Assembly (NCBI GenBank): GCA_020137815.1
Contig: CM035358.1
Coordinates: forward strand, 2,728,001-2,792,000
Source: Hormiphora californensis
Taxonomy: Eukaryota > Animalia > Ctenophora
Reading direction: 5' to 3'
DNA: 64,000 nucleotides
The translations under genes and the position numbers were made by a program. Below the pieces are notes generated by a model. That model searched no databases and was not told the DNA's origin. It worked only from the letters and a program-made list of their open reading frames with translations. Below are positions 37,360-52,066 of this stretch, in pieces; the stretch's first letter is position 1, and each line of letters begins with the position of its first letter.

Positions 37360-37900
37360 ATCAACTGTCAATTGTACCCCAAGTTAAACCTCTTTCCACT
37401 TGTTTCCACTATGAAGATAAACTTATTAATTGTTGAGTTACTCAACAACTTATTACTGGGTTAGTTTCTATAGAAGAGCAATCTTTTTATTTCTCTGTTT
37501 TATTTATAACTGCTCTGATTGTTTTTCTATTTCGATTCAGCTGGTCATGCGCAAGGTGCAGTTTTTATCTATTGGAGATCCAGTTATGGGGATTGTCTTA
37601 GGTATCTTTGACTATCATTGAATTAAATAAATGTTTATTTGCTTTTAGCTATATTCAGGCCGATTTACGATTTGTAAATGGTAGGGGGAGGTTATCAACT
37701 TCATGTATCCAAGGTAATCCTCTATCCACTTGTTTCCATCGGGTTACGATAAATCTTTTAATTGTTGGTTACTCATCACTTTAGTTACTCGGATTCGTCC
37801 ATATAGGCATCTTTTTTCTGCTGCCCTACCCCATTTTTACCAACTGCTCTGTTGTTCAAATTGGGTCGATTCGGCGCCTGATCAGCTACAGCTGTCTGGA
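37360..37900. repeat. Diverged ~330-bp tandem duplication
   Basis: TATCAACT...CCTCTWTCCACTTGTTTCCA...GATAAA...TTAATTGTTG.GTTACTCA...CAWCTTTTT recurs at ~37360 and ~37693. Confidence 0.6.
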
Positions 37901-38359
37901 AGTGAAATAGAGTTAGTAATGTCTATTGCATGGATCCGACTTTAGCATTCTCTTCTCTTATGTGAGAAATTGAGATAACTCGTAATTTGCTATGTCTGAA
38001 CTTACATGACCGTCGGCCCCACTGATTCCTGACTATTTAGCACTAGTGTTAACCACTGCTCAGATCGGGGTTTGGTAATCTGGGTGCATGGTACATTTTG
38101 TCCTGAGCCGGTACCGCAAACTTGGTCCATTTGCCAGGCCTATGCTGACCCGGTTGGAAAAAAGGTTGATTGTTAAGGTCCACCTACTCACCAAGCGCTA
38201 GTTTTGCCATCACATCTCTGACCAAGATTCTCGGCCGATGGTCTCGGCCATCTCTGCAGCCCTTGACCCCTCTGTGATGATTGGCACGTCGTGACCCATA
38301 ATGTCCGCGCCGTAGAGAGTGCTTCTGTTCTGTATCGCGCCATACCCCATTTGATTCTC

Positions 38360-40640
38360 AAATCGCGACAGTGCGCTCAGATGGGTCGCGGCGCCAGACA
38401 GTTCGGGGTGGTAGCCGTGCTACCTCTGTGCGTGCTATCTGACGCCAACCCGACAGATCAGGTCGGCGCCGCCAGACAGTGTGCATGCTGACAAACTCGA
38501 TGGTACAACGTTGTACCATCGAGTTAGTCCTCCTCTGCAAGATGAAGATTTCGGCAGAGTTCCAATCCTACTGTCAGCTTTCTGGCATGGCGCCGTAGAC
38601 CCCATCTGTGATCTGAGCGCACCGTCGTTGAGAATTAAATCGGACAGGCTGTCAGAGTATTGGCCTGATCCTATTCTCATTATTCACAACGGCGGTCAGA
38701 GCATTGGCATGACAGAGTTCCTGACTGCTGCAGGTCAGATTCTGACTCAGAAGGAAGAAAAGGGATTGTCAGGGCGAGGTTTTCACGGCTAGTGGTATCG
38801 TATGGATAGATGTGCATGGCACGGAGAGTTGAAGTTAGAGGAGTGGTAGAAGGTGTGGCGGAAGTGGAGAAATGAGTGAACATCACTGATGTCATCAGTG
38901 AGAAAGCAGGGTGACGTTGGTGGTGGCCGTGCCAAGTTATTTGATGGGTATTGGTCAATCTATGCAATGCTTGCCCGGAGACGCCGACCCAATCTGAGGG
39001 CGTTGAGAATTACAGGGTGTCCCACTGTCTTTGCATCACCTGTGATTTTGGGTCATGACCGGGCTCCATTAAACTAACCAAAACTCATCGAAAAATTGGT
39101 CAAAATGGTTCTAACAAAAAGCAGTGTTCTAGAGAATTGTCTGGCGAACATTTTGGTGGCAAGATTGACGTTCCAAATCTTACCAATCGTCAGATATATC
39201 GTCGTAAAGTCAAAAGTACGTGTTCATGAAATCCGACCGGGGTTCACGTTTTGAAAAATTCACAAATGCAAAGTTGCTCGGATCACATTGCATCCCTCAT
39301 AAGAGTTGTAGGAAATTGTCTGGCGGTCATTTTGGTACCCGGGTTTTTGTCCTAGCTCAATGTTTAGAGTGTCTTATGACTGTCTAAAGACGAAATTCAA
39401 CCAGCATTTTTGAGGGGATCACGTGTCATCAACAAATGGGTAAAATGATATGAAATTTACAAGAGATTCATTGGAATCGTCTAAGGTTCATTTTGATACC
39501 ATGATTTTTTCCATAGCTCTATGTTTTAGTTGCGTTATGACTGTAGGAACATGAAAATTGTTCTATGCTGAGTCTTAGTTGGTATCGGCTCACAACCCCT
39601 AATTAGGTGGCTCGGTGTCGTGTGTAATCCCATGATAATCAGCACATATCGTCTCAATTTCATCTAGACACTTGACAGGGTTGTTATGACGATTTGGCAA
39701 GGCCCCTGTTAATGTGTAGGATACGCAAGTGGTCTATCTCAACCCTTTCATGCACTAACATGTTATTCAAGCAGCAATGAGCTTCATAACAGGGCAAAAT
39801 GCAATGCGATACCTGAGACCACTTTTGGAAAAATTCCAGTTCTGACAGTCATAAGACACTCTAAACATTGAGCTAGGACAAAAACCCGGGTACCAAAATG
39901 ACCGCCAGACAATTTCCTACAACTCTTATGAGGGATGCAATGTGATCCGAGCAACTTTGCATTGGTGAATTTTTCAAAACGTGAACCCCGGTCGGATTTC
40001 ATGAACACGTACTTTTGACTTTACGACGATATATCTGACGATTGGTAAGATTTGGAACGTCAATCTTGCCACCAAAATGTTCGCCAGACAATTCTCTAGA
40101 ACACTGCTTTTTGTTAGAACCATTTTGACCAATTTTTCGATGAGTTTTGGTTAGTTTAATGGAGCCCGGTCATGACCCAAAATCACAGGTGATGCAAAGA
40201 CAGTGGGACACCCTGTACAACAGCCAACGGCGTCTGGCGCGAGTACAGTGCGGAGAGTTAAGTGCCAGACACCGTTTTGATTCTCAAATCGGGTCGGCGC
40301 CGCCAGACAGTTCAACCTTGTGGTGTTGAGGTGTTCTGCGAAAACATTGGCACCTCTAGTAGGTTGTGGGTGACCCACTGGGTGGGATACTGTCAGGCCA
40401 ATGCTCTGACAGGTGGGATACTGGAATAGTCCCTGACACTGGGTCATCCCTCATCATGATCAGGCCAACGCTCTGACAGCTCAAGACCGTGGTGCATGAG
40501 GCTTATGCACCACGGTCTTGAGCTGTCAGAGCGATGGCCTGATCCTATTCTCATTTCTTTCACAAGAACCGCAGTCAGAGCATTGGCCTGACAGGTCTTG
40601 AGTCAATTCCTTGACCCCTGAGCCTTCTGGCGGCATCAGA
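38360..40640. repeat. Nest of short dispersed palindromic repeats (GGCGCCGCCAGACAG and GTCAGGCCAATGCTCTGAC families), including a hairpin at ~40458-40544
   Basis: The motifs recur in both orientations at ~37105, 38390, 38465, 38695, 40295, 40392, 40460 and 40575. Confidence 0.7.
39013..40215. mobile_element. MITE, ~370-bp TIRs, TA TSD, CAGGGTGT termini (Tc1/mariner-type)
   Basis: TA|CAGGGTGTCCCACTGTCTTTGC ... GCAAAGACAGTGGGACACCCTG|TA. Confidence 0.92.
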
Positions 40641-41211
40641 CACTGTTTTGATTCTCAAAATCTGATGGTGATAAAACAAGAGAAAACAAGTTATTTTTTG
40701 ATAGCAACATAGCTCAATGATCGCTTGCAATAAATATGAGATATATTATAGCTTGTCAACAAATAAAGTATTTACAGACGTGTCATACACACACACATCA
40801 TATATCGGACAAGTTACTTAGTTACAGTCCGTGGTTTTCACACCCTCTCTATTTCTTGTCAATATTTTCACCATTTAATTGAACCGTTCGTGCCGTTTTT
40901 CTCAAATAATAGGTATCGTAAGAACAGTACGAATCGGTTTTCTGCGATTCAATAGAATGGTTTTAAACTGGGTAGTCACTAATCACGGTGCATAAACTTT
41001 CCTTTCATCAACTTAAATCAACCCAAAACTCACACACACACATACACACATAAACATAAAAGTCAATGGTCATCTCTCTCTTGAGCTTTATTGTCTTTCG
41101 CACTGATTTACCATCCTCTTCCAAGATCAAATTGTAGATCACTGTAGCGTCTCACATCATCTGTATGCATCACTGTCGTCTCACTTCACCAACATCTGTA
41201 TAATATACTCT

Positions 41212-42650
41212 TCAACTCCCGGTTGAGCTTGTTGGACCCTCGGCAGGTGTGGCGGTTCCCGGGTGCACTCTTGATACGTTCCCTGCAGCACCACTGAACA
41301 CGCTGTGTAGATTGTGGTTGAAACTGGGCGGTCTGGAGGGAGAGGGAGGGGGGTTAGTGGTGATGGATCATTACATGGAATAAACCTCGAAATAAAAACA
41401 AAAGGATCTCAGGATATGGATTACTGATTAGATTCAAATTGTTTACCTGAAAGCACTATCAAGAGAAACATTATCCAAAGACAGGGGGTGGGTAGACTTG
41501 AACCCTTCCTTTCTCTCTGGAGATTTGTTCATGCTGGTGGCGGCAACGCTAGCTGCAGCCGAGAGTGCAGAGGCAATATCAGCCGCTGAACAGATTGGAG
41601 AAGTTGTGGTACTGATAACGGGTCCCTGTTTGTGGTTCGCTCTTTATTGGGCCAGCTGTGGTGAAGGGTGAGGTGAAGCAGCCAGCCAGCTCCTGGGTAG
41701 GAAGGGAGAGGAGACCATGCTTTTGGGGGATGTCGTGGCGTTCCCTGTTAGAGATGTCGGGGATGCTGAAATGGGGGGGGGAGGTTAGTTACTGGGAGGG
41801 CAGTATCAGGATCATATAATGACAGATGAAAATAACTCAGACAATCCTAAATAACTCCTGAATAAGGACTAAGGTAGACTTGGGGTACTCTGCTAACCTG
41901 CTGATACGGGGCTGGATGTCCTCCAGTGAAGGGTGTGGTGAAGAGACCCAGGGTGGTTGGGATGTTGAGGGGTAGGTTCAGGTTAGCTGGCAGGTTGCCA
42001 AGACCACCTGGCATGCTCAGGAGGTTGGGGTTGGCCAGGGCGGTGGATAGGGCGGTGGAGGAGAGACCAAATGAGGCTGGGAGACTGATAGGAACGGTCA
42101 TGTGGTCATTTTTCATCTGTAGCGGCTCCTCCAATGCAGCAATTACCTGGAGAGAGATGGAATGTTATGATTAATTCTATCACTGCGTCCTTTTGTGTTT
42201 TGTCCCAAATCATTTCCACATTGTTAGAAAGTTGGATTTTGTAATCACCTCCCAACCCCCATTTCCCCCATCTCCCCATTATATCTGTGTAAAATGTTAC
42301 CTTGTCAATTTCAGCCGAGTTTGCAGCAGCATTATAAAAGGCAGCAGCCGTGTTATTGTTGGTATATATGGGGTTGTTGGCTGTAGTGGGGACTGTATTC
42401 TGGTGATGGGATGTCACTGATGAGAGGTTCTTCCTTGGCCTATGATTATTCATCCAAACCTGAGGGGGGAGATATTTGGTAAATGTTGAGGCATTTCGAT
42501 CAAATTTAACCATCAACTGCTTTCTAAGTAGTAGAGTAGATAGTTAATTAATGAGTACTGAGATAGTAGCCCTCCCAAAGTTTAATTAGCCGCTTTTTGA
42601 TAAGTTTCGCAACGTGCATCAGTTCTCTGATAGAGATACAGTGCACTGCG

Positions 42651-42720
<70 letters not shown>

Positions 42721-43161
42721 ACGTGAACCCCAGTTACTCAATCTAATCTAGTGATACACATGGAATAGAAGGGTAAGATGGCTATTCACTTTCTCAGGGG
42801 GAACGTAAGAGATTGTGATAGCCAGACTTAAGAGAGAGAGACAACTAAACTGATACAATTAATCATGCTTGAAACTTGGACTCACGACGCAGGTTTTCAA
42901 AGCCGTCATCTTCTCTCTCTCTCTCTCTCTCTACGTATATGATTGGCTAACAGTTGATCACTGACAAGATATATCTCAGAAAAAACGGTGTATCACGTGG
43001 GTGGGAAGATGCAATGGTGTATCAACTGCAAATTCCCTCTCTCTATCTCTCTCTATCACTCCCAAGCACAGGGGGTATACCACCAGTGAGGGTAGCCGAT
43101 TATAGCAAGCTGAGTTGGAAAAAGTGAGAGAGAGAGATAGAGAGAGAGAGATAGAGAGAGA

Positions 43162-43236
<75 letters not shown>

Positions 43237-44347
43237 AGAGAGAAAGAAAAAGAGAGAGCTTTTAATGAAAAGTGTAGCGAAAGAGATCGCGATTGGATGC
43301 TAATTTGCAAGGTGGTGTGAAAAGTAGTGGACCATAGTTATTGTGAGATGGAGTGAATAGACAACTCGTCGGGGAAAGTGAATAAAAAACTCAGGTGCTC
43401 AGTTTCTTACAACTTTTTTATTATTTCATTCTTTAGATGAAACATGGGGCTGATAATAAAAACATTGATGTGTGACTTTTAGGAGGAAAAACAAAGACCT
43501 CAACTCTTAAACTTCTAACTATCCAACCTAAAACACAAAGTACTACAAACAAATAAAAATGTTTTCCTCTCACCTTTACTTGATAAAATGTGAGGCCATG
43601 TTTCTTGGCGAAGTCATTGATCTTCTCACTTTCACCTCTCTTCCAGTTAATGGAGTTGGCAAAGTGCTCGAGGGACAGGGTGGTTGCGGGGCTGAATGAG
43701 GTTCTTTTTCGCCTGAAAACGGAGGAAAATAGTTAGTTAAACTGCCAATGACAGGATAAGAATGAAGGGTCGAGCTAGGCGATGAATGAACTGGTAAGGT
43801 TCCAGTGGAACCAAAGAGGCCAGAGGGAGTTTTTTTCAGAGCCGCACGTGGGCGCGTCTTGACTGCGCGCGCTTTCTCCCCCATACTTGTTGTCGCGCCC
43901 TCCAACTATGTACCGCCTTGTCTCTCTGTGAACCATTGTGCCACAGTCATGGACAACCATTCTGAATTTGAAGAACTGGCACTTAGCAGGCACAATGAAC
44001 AGGTTTCTCACTATTGGCCAAACCCACCAAAACTTGAACCCCCCATGTCAGATTTGATGCACCAACCTACCCACAGTTTAGTTAGAGCTGTTATAGATCA
44101 GAGAGAGCGGAATATAGGATGGTTTATTAAGGAACTCGGAACTCTGTCCCTCTCATTATACTGGTTATTGTAATAGATGACACCTATTCAACGTCATCAA
44201 GCAATTGGGAACACGAGGGGTGTTGACCGATTGTTCATTAGCATATGTCAATAAGCGGAGGAGGGACGCGAATAAAAATCTCGGAACCAAGAAGCTTGAG
44301 ATCGCGGGAAAGAGAGAGGATAATATTGGAAGAATGAGAGAGATGGG

Positions 44348-44405
<58 letters not shown>

Positions 44406-45747
44406 CATTGTCTCATTGGTTCATTAATGGAACACTCAATAGGTGGGGGACAGTTTTTGACAGGTAAATTATTAATAAAAACCAACCCCGTCAATGAGCG
44501 AGATGATGGCTTTCTTTACTGCGAGTGACACCTGTTTAAATCTATTAACCCATCATGCACGGGCCAAGATGAGGGGAATGAGGGAGGGGGAGGTAGGGAG
44601 AGGGAGGGAGGTGGAGGGAGAATCATAGAGATCTAGAGAGAGAGAGAGAGAGAGAGAGAGGAAGAGAGGGAATGATAGAGATGATCTAGAGAGAGAGAGA
44701 GAGACATCAGACCAATATTGATTGGAGCCAGTTCGGCGGTCAAACAACGGGAACCCCTACTGTAACAAGACGGACTGATAGGGCGCTATCTTTTACAGAA
44801 GACTCTCTCACTATCTCTCTCTCCCTCACCCCTCTCTCTCTCTCTCCCAGTGGCATTCACAGTCAAAGAATACATAATAATTTTGTAGGATTCCCTTGAA
44901 TATAATTTGTGAGATATGAATATAACAAAGGTTCCCCCGAACACCCTCTCCGATAACACACACTATCATCATGGGAGTTTTGACATGTCTAGTGAGGTGT
45001 ACCATGGTACCCGGTTCTTTTAACCCTCTCAAGTCTGTCAAACCTTTTTTCTGGCCGTCATAAATTACCAATTGAGAGAGACTTGGGGGCGTCGATTTTT
45101 CGTAGCCCGCTCCATCCCTCTCTCTCCCTATGTCAACACCATGGCCCCGGTTCTCTCTGTCTTTTGCCGTTGATCTCACTCTAGGCATCAAATTATCACA
45201 ATACTTATATGCATTGCATACCCAGCAGATACTCAGAAAATTCCAACAACTCTTAGAGGGAGAATGGGAGAGAGATAGGTCTGTCTTTTTCATAGCTTGC
45301 TTTCTCTCTCCCTCTCTCTCTCTCTCTCTCACCCTCTCTCTCTCACCCTCTCTCTCTCTGTTCGGCGGGGGTAAAGCACTTTTTAGTGGTCAACTCTCAC
45401 CCAAGAAAACAAAGCTAAATTTGCAGACACCCCATTCCATGACAATCACGAGCAGCAGGGAACTCAAACAGAGGTTATAACTGCCTCTAATTGATAGGGC
45501 GGGGGATGGGTAGTCTAACTATCTCCCACGCCAAGTTCTTATTTAGCTAATAAAAACATGATAATAATTCATATATCCAGGGGATTAGTAGTGACGACTG
45601 CTCAAGATGCTACCACTCCCTCTAAAGTCTAATATCTATTCATGTTAGGTCCTCCATTCTTCAGCTTTCATGCTATGATTTGTCGCTACCAATTCACACT
45701 CTTTACTATTGACAGATGAATTGCGGGGGAGCTGTCTCCTCTCTCTC

Positions 45748-45786
<39 letters not shown>

Positions 45787-47388
45787 GTTGGGTGTGAGAA
45801 AAAGGTGCTCCATTCTGTCTGAATAGGTAATAATAATGGGCATCTCACAAGGAAGATGAAACACAATAAAATTAACGCCCCCGATGACTCTGCACCAAGT
45901 GTCTGTAGCTGAATTAATATTAATTAATAACTATGTTCCCCACCGTTCTGTCTAGCCGTGTTCATTGATATCACGGGATCTCACGTGTTTACTGGGCAAT
46001 AAATTTCCTAGCCCCGGCCAATATATTCGTCACTACTATTTCATTTCTACTTCTGCAAGTCCTGCCGTGCCCCATAGATACTCTCTTTTACACTCTCCAT
46101 CTCTCTCTTTCTTTCTCTTTTTTGAGACTCGTAATACGGTAGTGAACGGTGAAAGACACTAACACGCGACTGCAGAAGTACTGTTTTATAATAAATTGGG
46201 CCTAAAATATCACACACACACAGAGGCAGTATTACCGATAGCCATCGGTATAGCCTTCCCTCAGAGCTATTTGGAAAGCAGACACGTGGTCTTGAAACAT
46301 GTGTGCGCACGAGCCTGTTCGAGACCAATGCTATACAGCCCTTAATTTGATCTGCGAATAAGGAAATTTTGATTAACGGCCACTCTCGCTATTTGTTAGA
46401 GAGAGAGGGAGGGAGAAACAATAACAATTAATATATCTAAGCAGAAATACGGTCTGTTTAATGCGTTTAGAGGAAAAAGAGAGATAGATTGAAGAGCTAT
46501 GCTCTCTTTCTAGCTACTGTAAACGATAAAAAGTGAAAGTAAATAATTTGGAAAGTAAATATGGTGACACATGAAAGGCCTTGCATGGGTAGGGAGATGA
46601 AGAGAGAGAAATTATCGATTACTATCAGAATTACTGACACGGTTATCACGTGGTGAACTCCTATTTTGTCTTCTTGTTTTCTAAGAAAAATCCGGAATGG
46701 ACATCCCCCTGGGCGGTTGTAATTTCTTAACAGCTGCCATACACAGACAGATGGTCTTGTTTAGTACGTAATATGTACCAAGTTGTCAAAGATTTTGAAA
46801 ACCAGATCAAAAATCCAATCAGCTCTGAAACGGAAATATATTTCTGAAAAGACTTTTAATCTGGGATTATTTTGATAAATATATGCCAGTGATGCTGGTA
46901 TCACGATCGTTAAAAGACTTTAGGGAATCTTTTTTCCCGAATAAGTTGACGTGTTTAGTCTAGAGCTGAGTTGGATTTTCAAATGAGGAATGATTCGTAG
47001 AAAGTTGGTAAATGCATGGAATTGGAATGGGAACTATGGAACTAAAATACCTACATAGGCCAAGAATAACTATATGGGTTGAGTTCTTTATAAAGAATTT
47101 GTCACCAAGACTCTTGAATTAAACATACTTGCTATATTGGAGAATTATCATTGAACACCGTGTGCAGGTATTGGAGAATTATTGCGGACCTCGTGTGTTA
47201 TATCATTTATTATTTTGCAAAGTTATCTTTAACACCTTCATCACCAGCTTGCATACCGTGCAACAAGCGTCTACCGACCAATACCCACTGTCTCTCTATC
47301 TCTCTATCTCTCTATCTCTCTATCTCTCTATCTCTCTATCTCTCTATCTCTCTATCTCTCTATCTCTCTATCTCTCTATCTCTCTATC

Positions 47389-47430
<42 letters not shown>

Positions 47431-50400
47431 TCTCCCTCTCTCTTTCAATATACTGCCTCTCTCCATACCAATCCCGAACCCCCCCATGTCACCACTACAG
47501 CTCACGACCAAGCTCTAATTCAATTCAATTTCTCCTTCGGTACCTTTTAACATACAAATCCACAGCTGGTCAAATTCTCAACCCCTACACAACGCTCTCT
47601 CCAGCCCCTCAATTACCTTACTCCTTTGTCCCGTCACACTTTTTTAACCAAATTTTGACTAGCTCCTAAATTATTTCCCTTCAAACCCTATGAACCCACC
47701 GTGGTGGTACCTTATCAGCTGCGTACCGACATGGCAGCAAATAGCCCCGTGAACCGGAATCGGTACTGCTGTGCCAGGAATTATTTCCCCGAATGCAGCA
47801 GTGCACCCAGTGGTGGGTGGGTGGTTTTATTTGACAGTCCGACATATCGGAAACAATTAGCAGGTACCACGGCGTGGGCCGAGTCGACACAAACTCAATT
47901 CCTGGTACATTTCTTTTCAATAACATTAGTTTTTAGGAAAAAAGATGATTCTTGGAGGAATCACGACAGGGAGAGAAAGCAAAATAAAGAGAGAGGATGG
48001 AAAAAACAAGAGTAAGAAACTTTCGCTAGAAGCCTGTGTGCACCACCGTTCACGCCATTAGGCGTAACACGCCCACAAGCCCTCCTTTTCTCTCTCTCCT
48101 CCTCTCTCCTCTCTCTCTCTCTCTCTCTCTACTCTGCTCCCTCTCCCGCTCCCTTCATCTCTCTCTCTCTCATATATTTTTCCAGAATGTCTCTGTATAT
48201 TTTTGCAGCACGTGTGGTCTATACTGCTAACTAACATTTGCAGCAACGGCACATGTAATCGGAAGTTTTTTCAATTTGATTATCAATAAAAATGGAATAG
48301 CTGAGTCACAAAAATTTCGGGGGATTCTAATCCCTTCTTTTTTCTTCGTTCTTTTCTTCCCAAACCATCTTTCACAACCTTCTCTCTCCCCTTTCTCTTC
48401 TTTCTCTTCTTTCTCTCCTCTCGCTCCCCTCTCCCCCTCTTTCTAATTCTCTTCCTCCCCTTTTTACCCCCCTTTTTTTTTTTTTTTAAATGCGAAAAAA
48501 CCCGTTTTCAGGTGGCATTTAATTAGTTGAACCTACTCAATCCCAAACTTCCAAACCTTTTGCCCGAGTACTAGCCGTGAATATACTGGGCATGGTTTAT
48601 TTCTGTCTGATTGAACTCAGATCGAGGGAAAGAGAGATAGAAAGATAGTGATAGAAAGAGAGAGATAGAGAATGATAGAAAGATAAAATGGGGGAGATGC
48701 TGTTCGGTGGAACCCAGCAGAATAATGCAACAGCCATGTCACATGACACACTAGAAGTTTAATACTAAACGTTCCTTGGAAAACATCTACGGAAAATTCT
48801 GTCAACCTCTCCTCTCTCTGGGTGACTCCCCCGACCCCCTGAGGGGAATGGAAACCCGATTTTGGAAGTACCATCGAATTGGTCCACACCGAATTTTGTT
48901 CAAGAGGGGGCATTGGGCTGTCAGCCCCCGTCGAGTTACAACCGTTAATTCAAAGAGGTCCACCCTTGACATACAGGCCAGTTTCAAACTCTTTCTCTCA
49001 TTTTCTCTTTCTCCTCTCTCTCACCCCCCGCTCTTCTTCATTAAGTGCATACTAACTGGATATTGTCCTGTAGTTGGGCGCACTAATCCTTCACACTAAA
49101 ACGCTAATGGGACAGGGTGGTAAGAGAGAGGGAGGGGAGATCAGGGGAGGGGAGATCAAATCAGGGCGATTTAGAGTACTGAACAGATGGCACAAGACTG
49201 ACCCTCCCCGGTTGTCAGTTGATTGCAGGTCATGTGATATAGCTGTTAATTGTAACTGTTTGGATTAACCCGTGTGAGCGGGAGAGAAAGGAAGGGGGAC
49301 CACAGGAGCAGGTGCAACAATACCATGTCAAACTCAGCACTCTGTGATGGTTCGGTAGATCAAGTGCAACCATGATGATATACCATTACTGATCTATGAT
49401 ATGGGTGGGCAAAACACCATTCTATGTACTACCGCGAGAGCATGGCCAATCATGGACCTCAATTATATCGAACTTTCGGGTCGGTTGAATATTATTACCA
49501 GTTTTGCCCCATCAAGGGCCCATGTGAAATGTGCAATTAAAAAACCCAGTTACTCGTTGAAAATTCCCCCAATCGAGATCTGGGCGTAGGTTTTTAATGG
49601 GAAAAGAAATAAAGTTATTTTAACCATCAATGGTGAAAAAATTCAATTTATATTTCGCTCGATCCACTTGAGAGCTCCGTCAACCCACAGCTGAGAATCT
49701 TAAGAATAAAGTGAATGGGATGATGTGAGTGATTTTTTGGGAGTGGATTGGAAAAGATGAAAAGGATTTAATTGTGATGATTTTTTTAAGTGCTGGGGGA
49801 TAGGGGGGAAAAATATTTTGGGGGGAGAGAGGGGATGGAGAGAGGGAGAGAGAGGGGGCTTGATAGAGAGAAAGACATGAATTGATCAACGATAACATGT
49901 AACGTGTTTTTAAGCGCAATTTGCAACAACTTGTCTCTTATCCCCTGCATTGATTATTATCCTCTCTCTTTTTTCTTTCTCTTTCTCTCCCCTGTCTCAT
50001 TCCCCATTATCTTTTTCTCTATTCTCTCTCTCCCCCCATAATCAAGCAAACACCGTGGCGGGGGGTATTAACCCTTCCAATGAACACCCCTTTATTCGAT
50101 CACATGGTGTAAACACATGCACATGTTGGGTCAAAGAAAGGGGACCCATTAAGAGAGGGGGAGAAAGGAAGAAGGTGAAAAAGGAGAAAAAAAGGGGGGG
50201 GGGGAAAAAAAAGGGGGAAAAAAAGGGAAAGGGGAAAAGAGGGGGGGGAAAAAAGGAAAGGGGAAGAAAAAAGAGGAGAAGGAGGAAAAAAAGGGGGGGA
50301 AAAAGAGAGAGAAAAAAGGGGAAGGGGAGGAGTGGAAAAAAGGGGGGGGGAAGGCCGGTTTTCCATGAAAAAACCGGGAGAGGGGGATAGCCAAAGGAGT

Positions 50401-51023
50401 ATTAGAGGGACCAAAAAAAGAAAGGGAAGAGAAAAAATTTTGGTAAAAAAAGGGATTATCAACTTCCAACCTGGGGGCCCCCCGGGGTTTTTTTCCCCCC
50501 TTTTCTTTTTCCTGGGGGATCCCTTTTATTTTTTTAAATTTTTTTGGGTTTCCAATATCATAGGGTTTGGGGGTTTTTAAAAATGCTATTTTACCCCCGG
50601 GGGTTTAACCTTCTCCCCCTGTTTTCCTACCCCTTTCTCAACTTTTTCTCCCTTCGTTTTTTTCCTTCTTTCTCCCCCCCCAAAAAATTTTTTTCCCAAA
50701 TCGCGCCGGACAACTCCAAAAAATTAGAAAAGGGAAAAGGTGGGGGGTTTTTGGAAAATAAAAAGGAAAAATTTTTTTGGGGTCCTCCCTGGGTGGGCCC
50801 TTCCCCCACGGGGGAAAAACTGGAAGGTTTTTTTTTTAAAAGGAATTTTTTAAGAACCGTAGGGGGGGGTGCGCCAAACCTTTTTCCCTTACACCCCGGA
50901 CAAAAATTTTCCCCCCATGTTTTAGAAGGGGGGGGTTTGGGAGAAAAGGGGGAAAAAAAGGGGAAATTTTGGGGGGGGAAAGAAAAAAATGAGAGGGGGG
51001 AAAGAAGGAGGAGAGAGAGAGAG

Positions 51024-51058
<35 letters not shown>

Positions 51059-51285
51059 GGTATGTTAAAGAAGGTTTTTAGAAGGAACACTTGTGAATTG
51101 AATGGAAAAGAAACACTAAAAAGTAGATCAAGGGAGAGAAAGAGAGTCTCTGATTGGGCCTCTGTGTCCTTTATTTGGGTGTGAAAATAGCTGTCCGCCT
51201 GCCTCTCTCGAATATTGGGGAATTGATAATTCTATTTTCACGAGCACAATAGATCGATAAAGCAGGTGGTGTAATTTAGAAAAAG

Positions 51286-51372
<87 letters not shown>

Positions 51373-51988
51373 GAGAGAGAGAGAGAAAGAGAAAGTTGGG
51401 CAGCTGCGATATAGCTGATGATGGTGGTGGGACGTGGCTAATCCTGTTAACATTTTCACATAATCTTTGAACACCACCCCTCCCATCTCTAAACCTACTC
51501 GGTCAGCCATTGGTCGCGTGTGTCACAACATCGGAGATAGATGAGTAAGATCGGGGGAGAGTGTTGTTGCTCTTTTTCTATCTATTTTCTGCACGCTCTT
51601 CCAGAACAAATGCCCAATAAACTTCCACTTTCGGCTCTCCCTCTCTATCTATGTACAACTACCAGTGACCTAAACTTCAGGTTTTGGTGCCCGTGCCAAC
51701 AAAACAATCACCATTCACACAATGATAATAAGTTGGCGAACTGGAATTGTTGTTCAGCCAATAAAGATAGAGATATAGATAGAGATATAGTCGGGGTGAT
51801 GTTCCGATTGTGCTCTATATAACGATTAACGATAGTGGTAGTTGAGCTCGAAACCAATTGCATTGTGTGACGTTGTGGGAAAAGGGGTGAGATCAGAGAT
51901 GATGGGGGACGATATAGAATCAGGTAGGAAATAGTGAGAAACATTGTCCCCCAAACTATCCATTGTTTTAGAGGGAGAGAGAGAGAGT

Positions 51989-52066
<78 letters not shown>

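Noticed and set aside
43805-44173. 122-aa plus-strand ORF in the PB1 gene intron
   Set aside because: No recognisable domain or supporting gene structure; cannot be supported, though not excluded.
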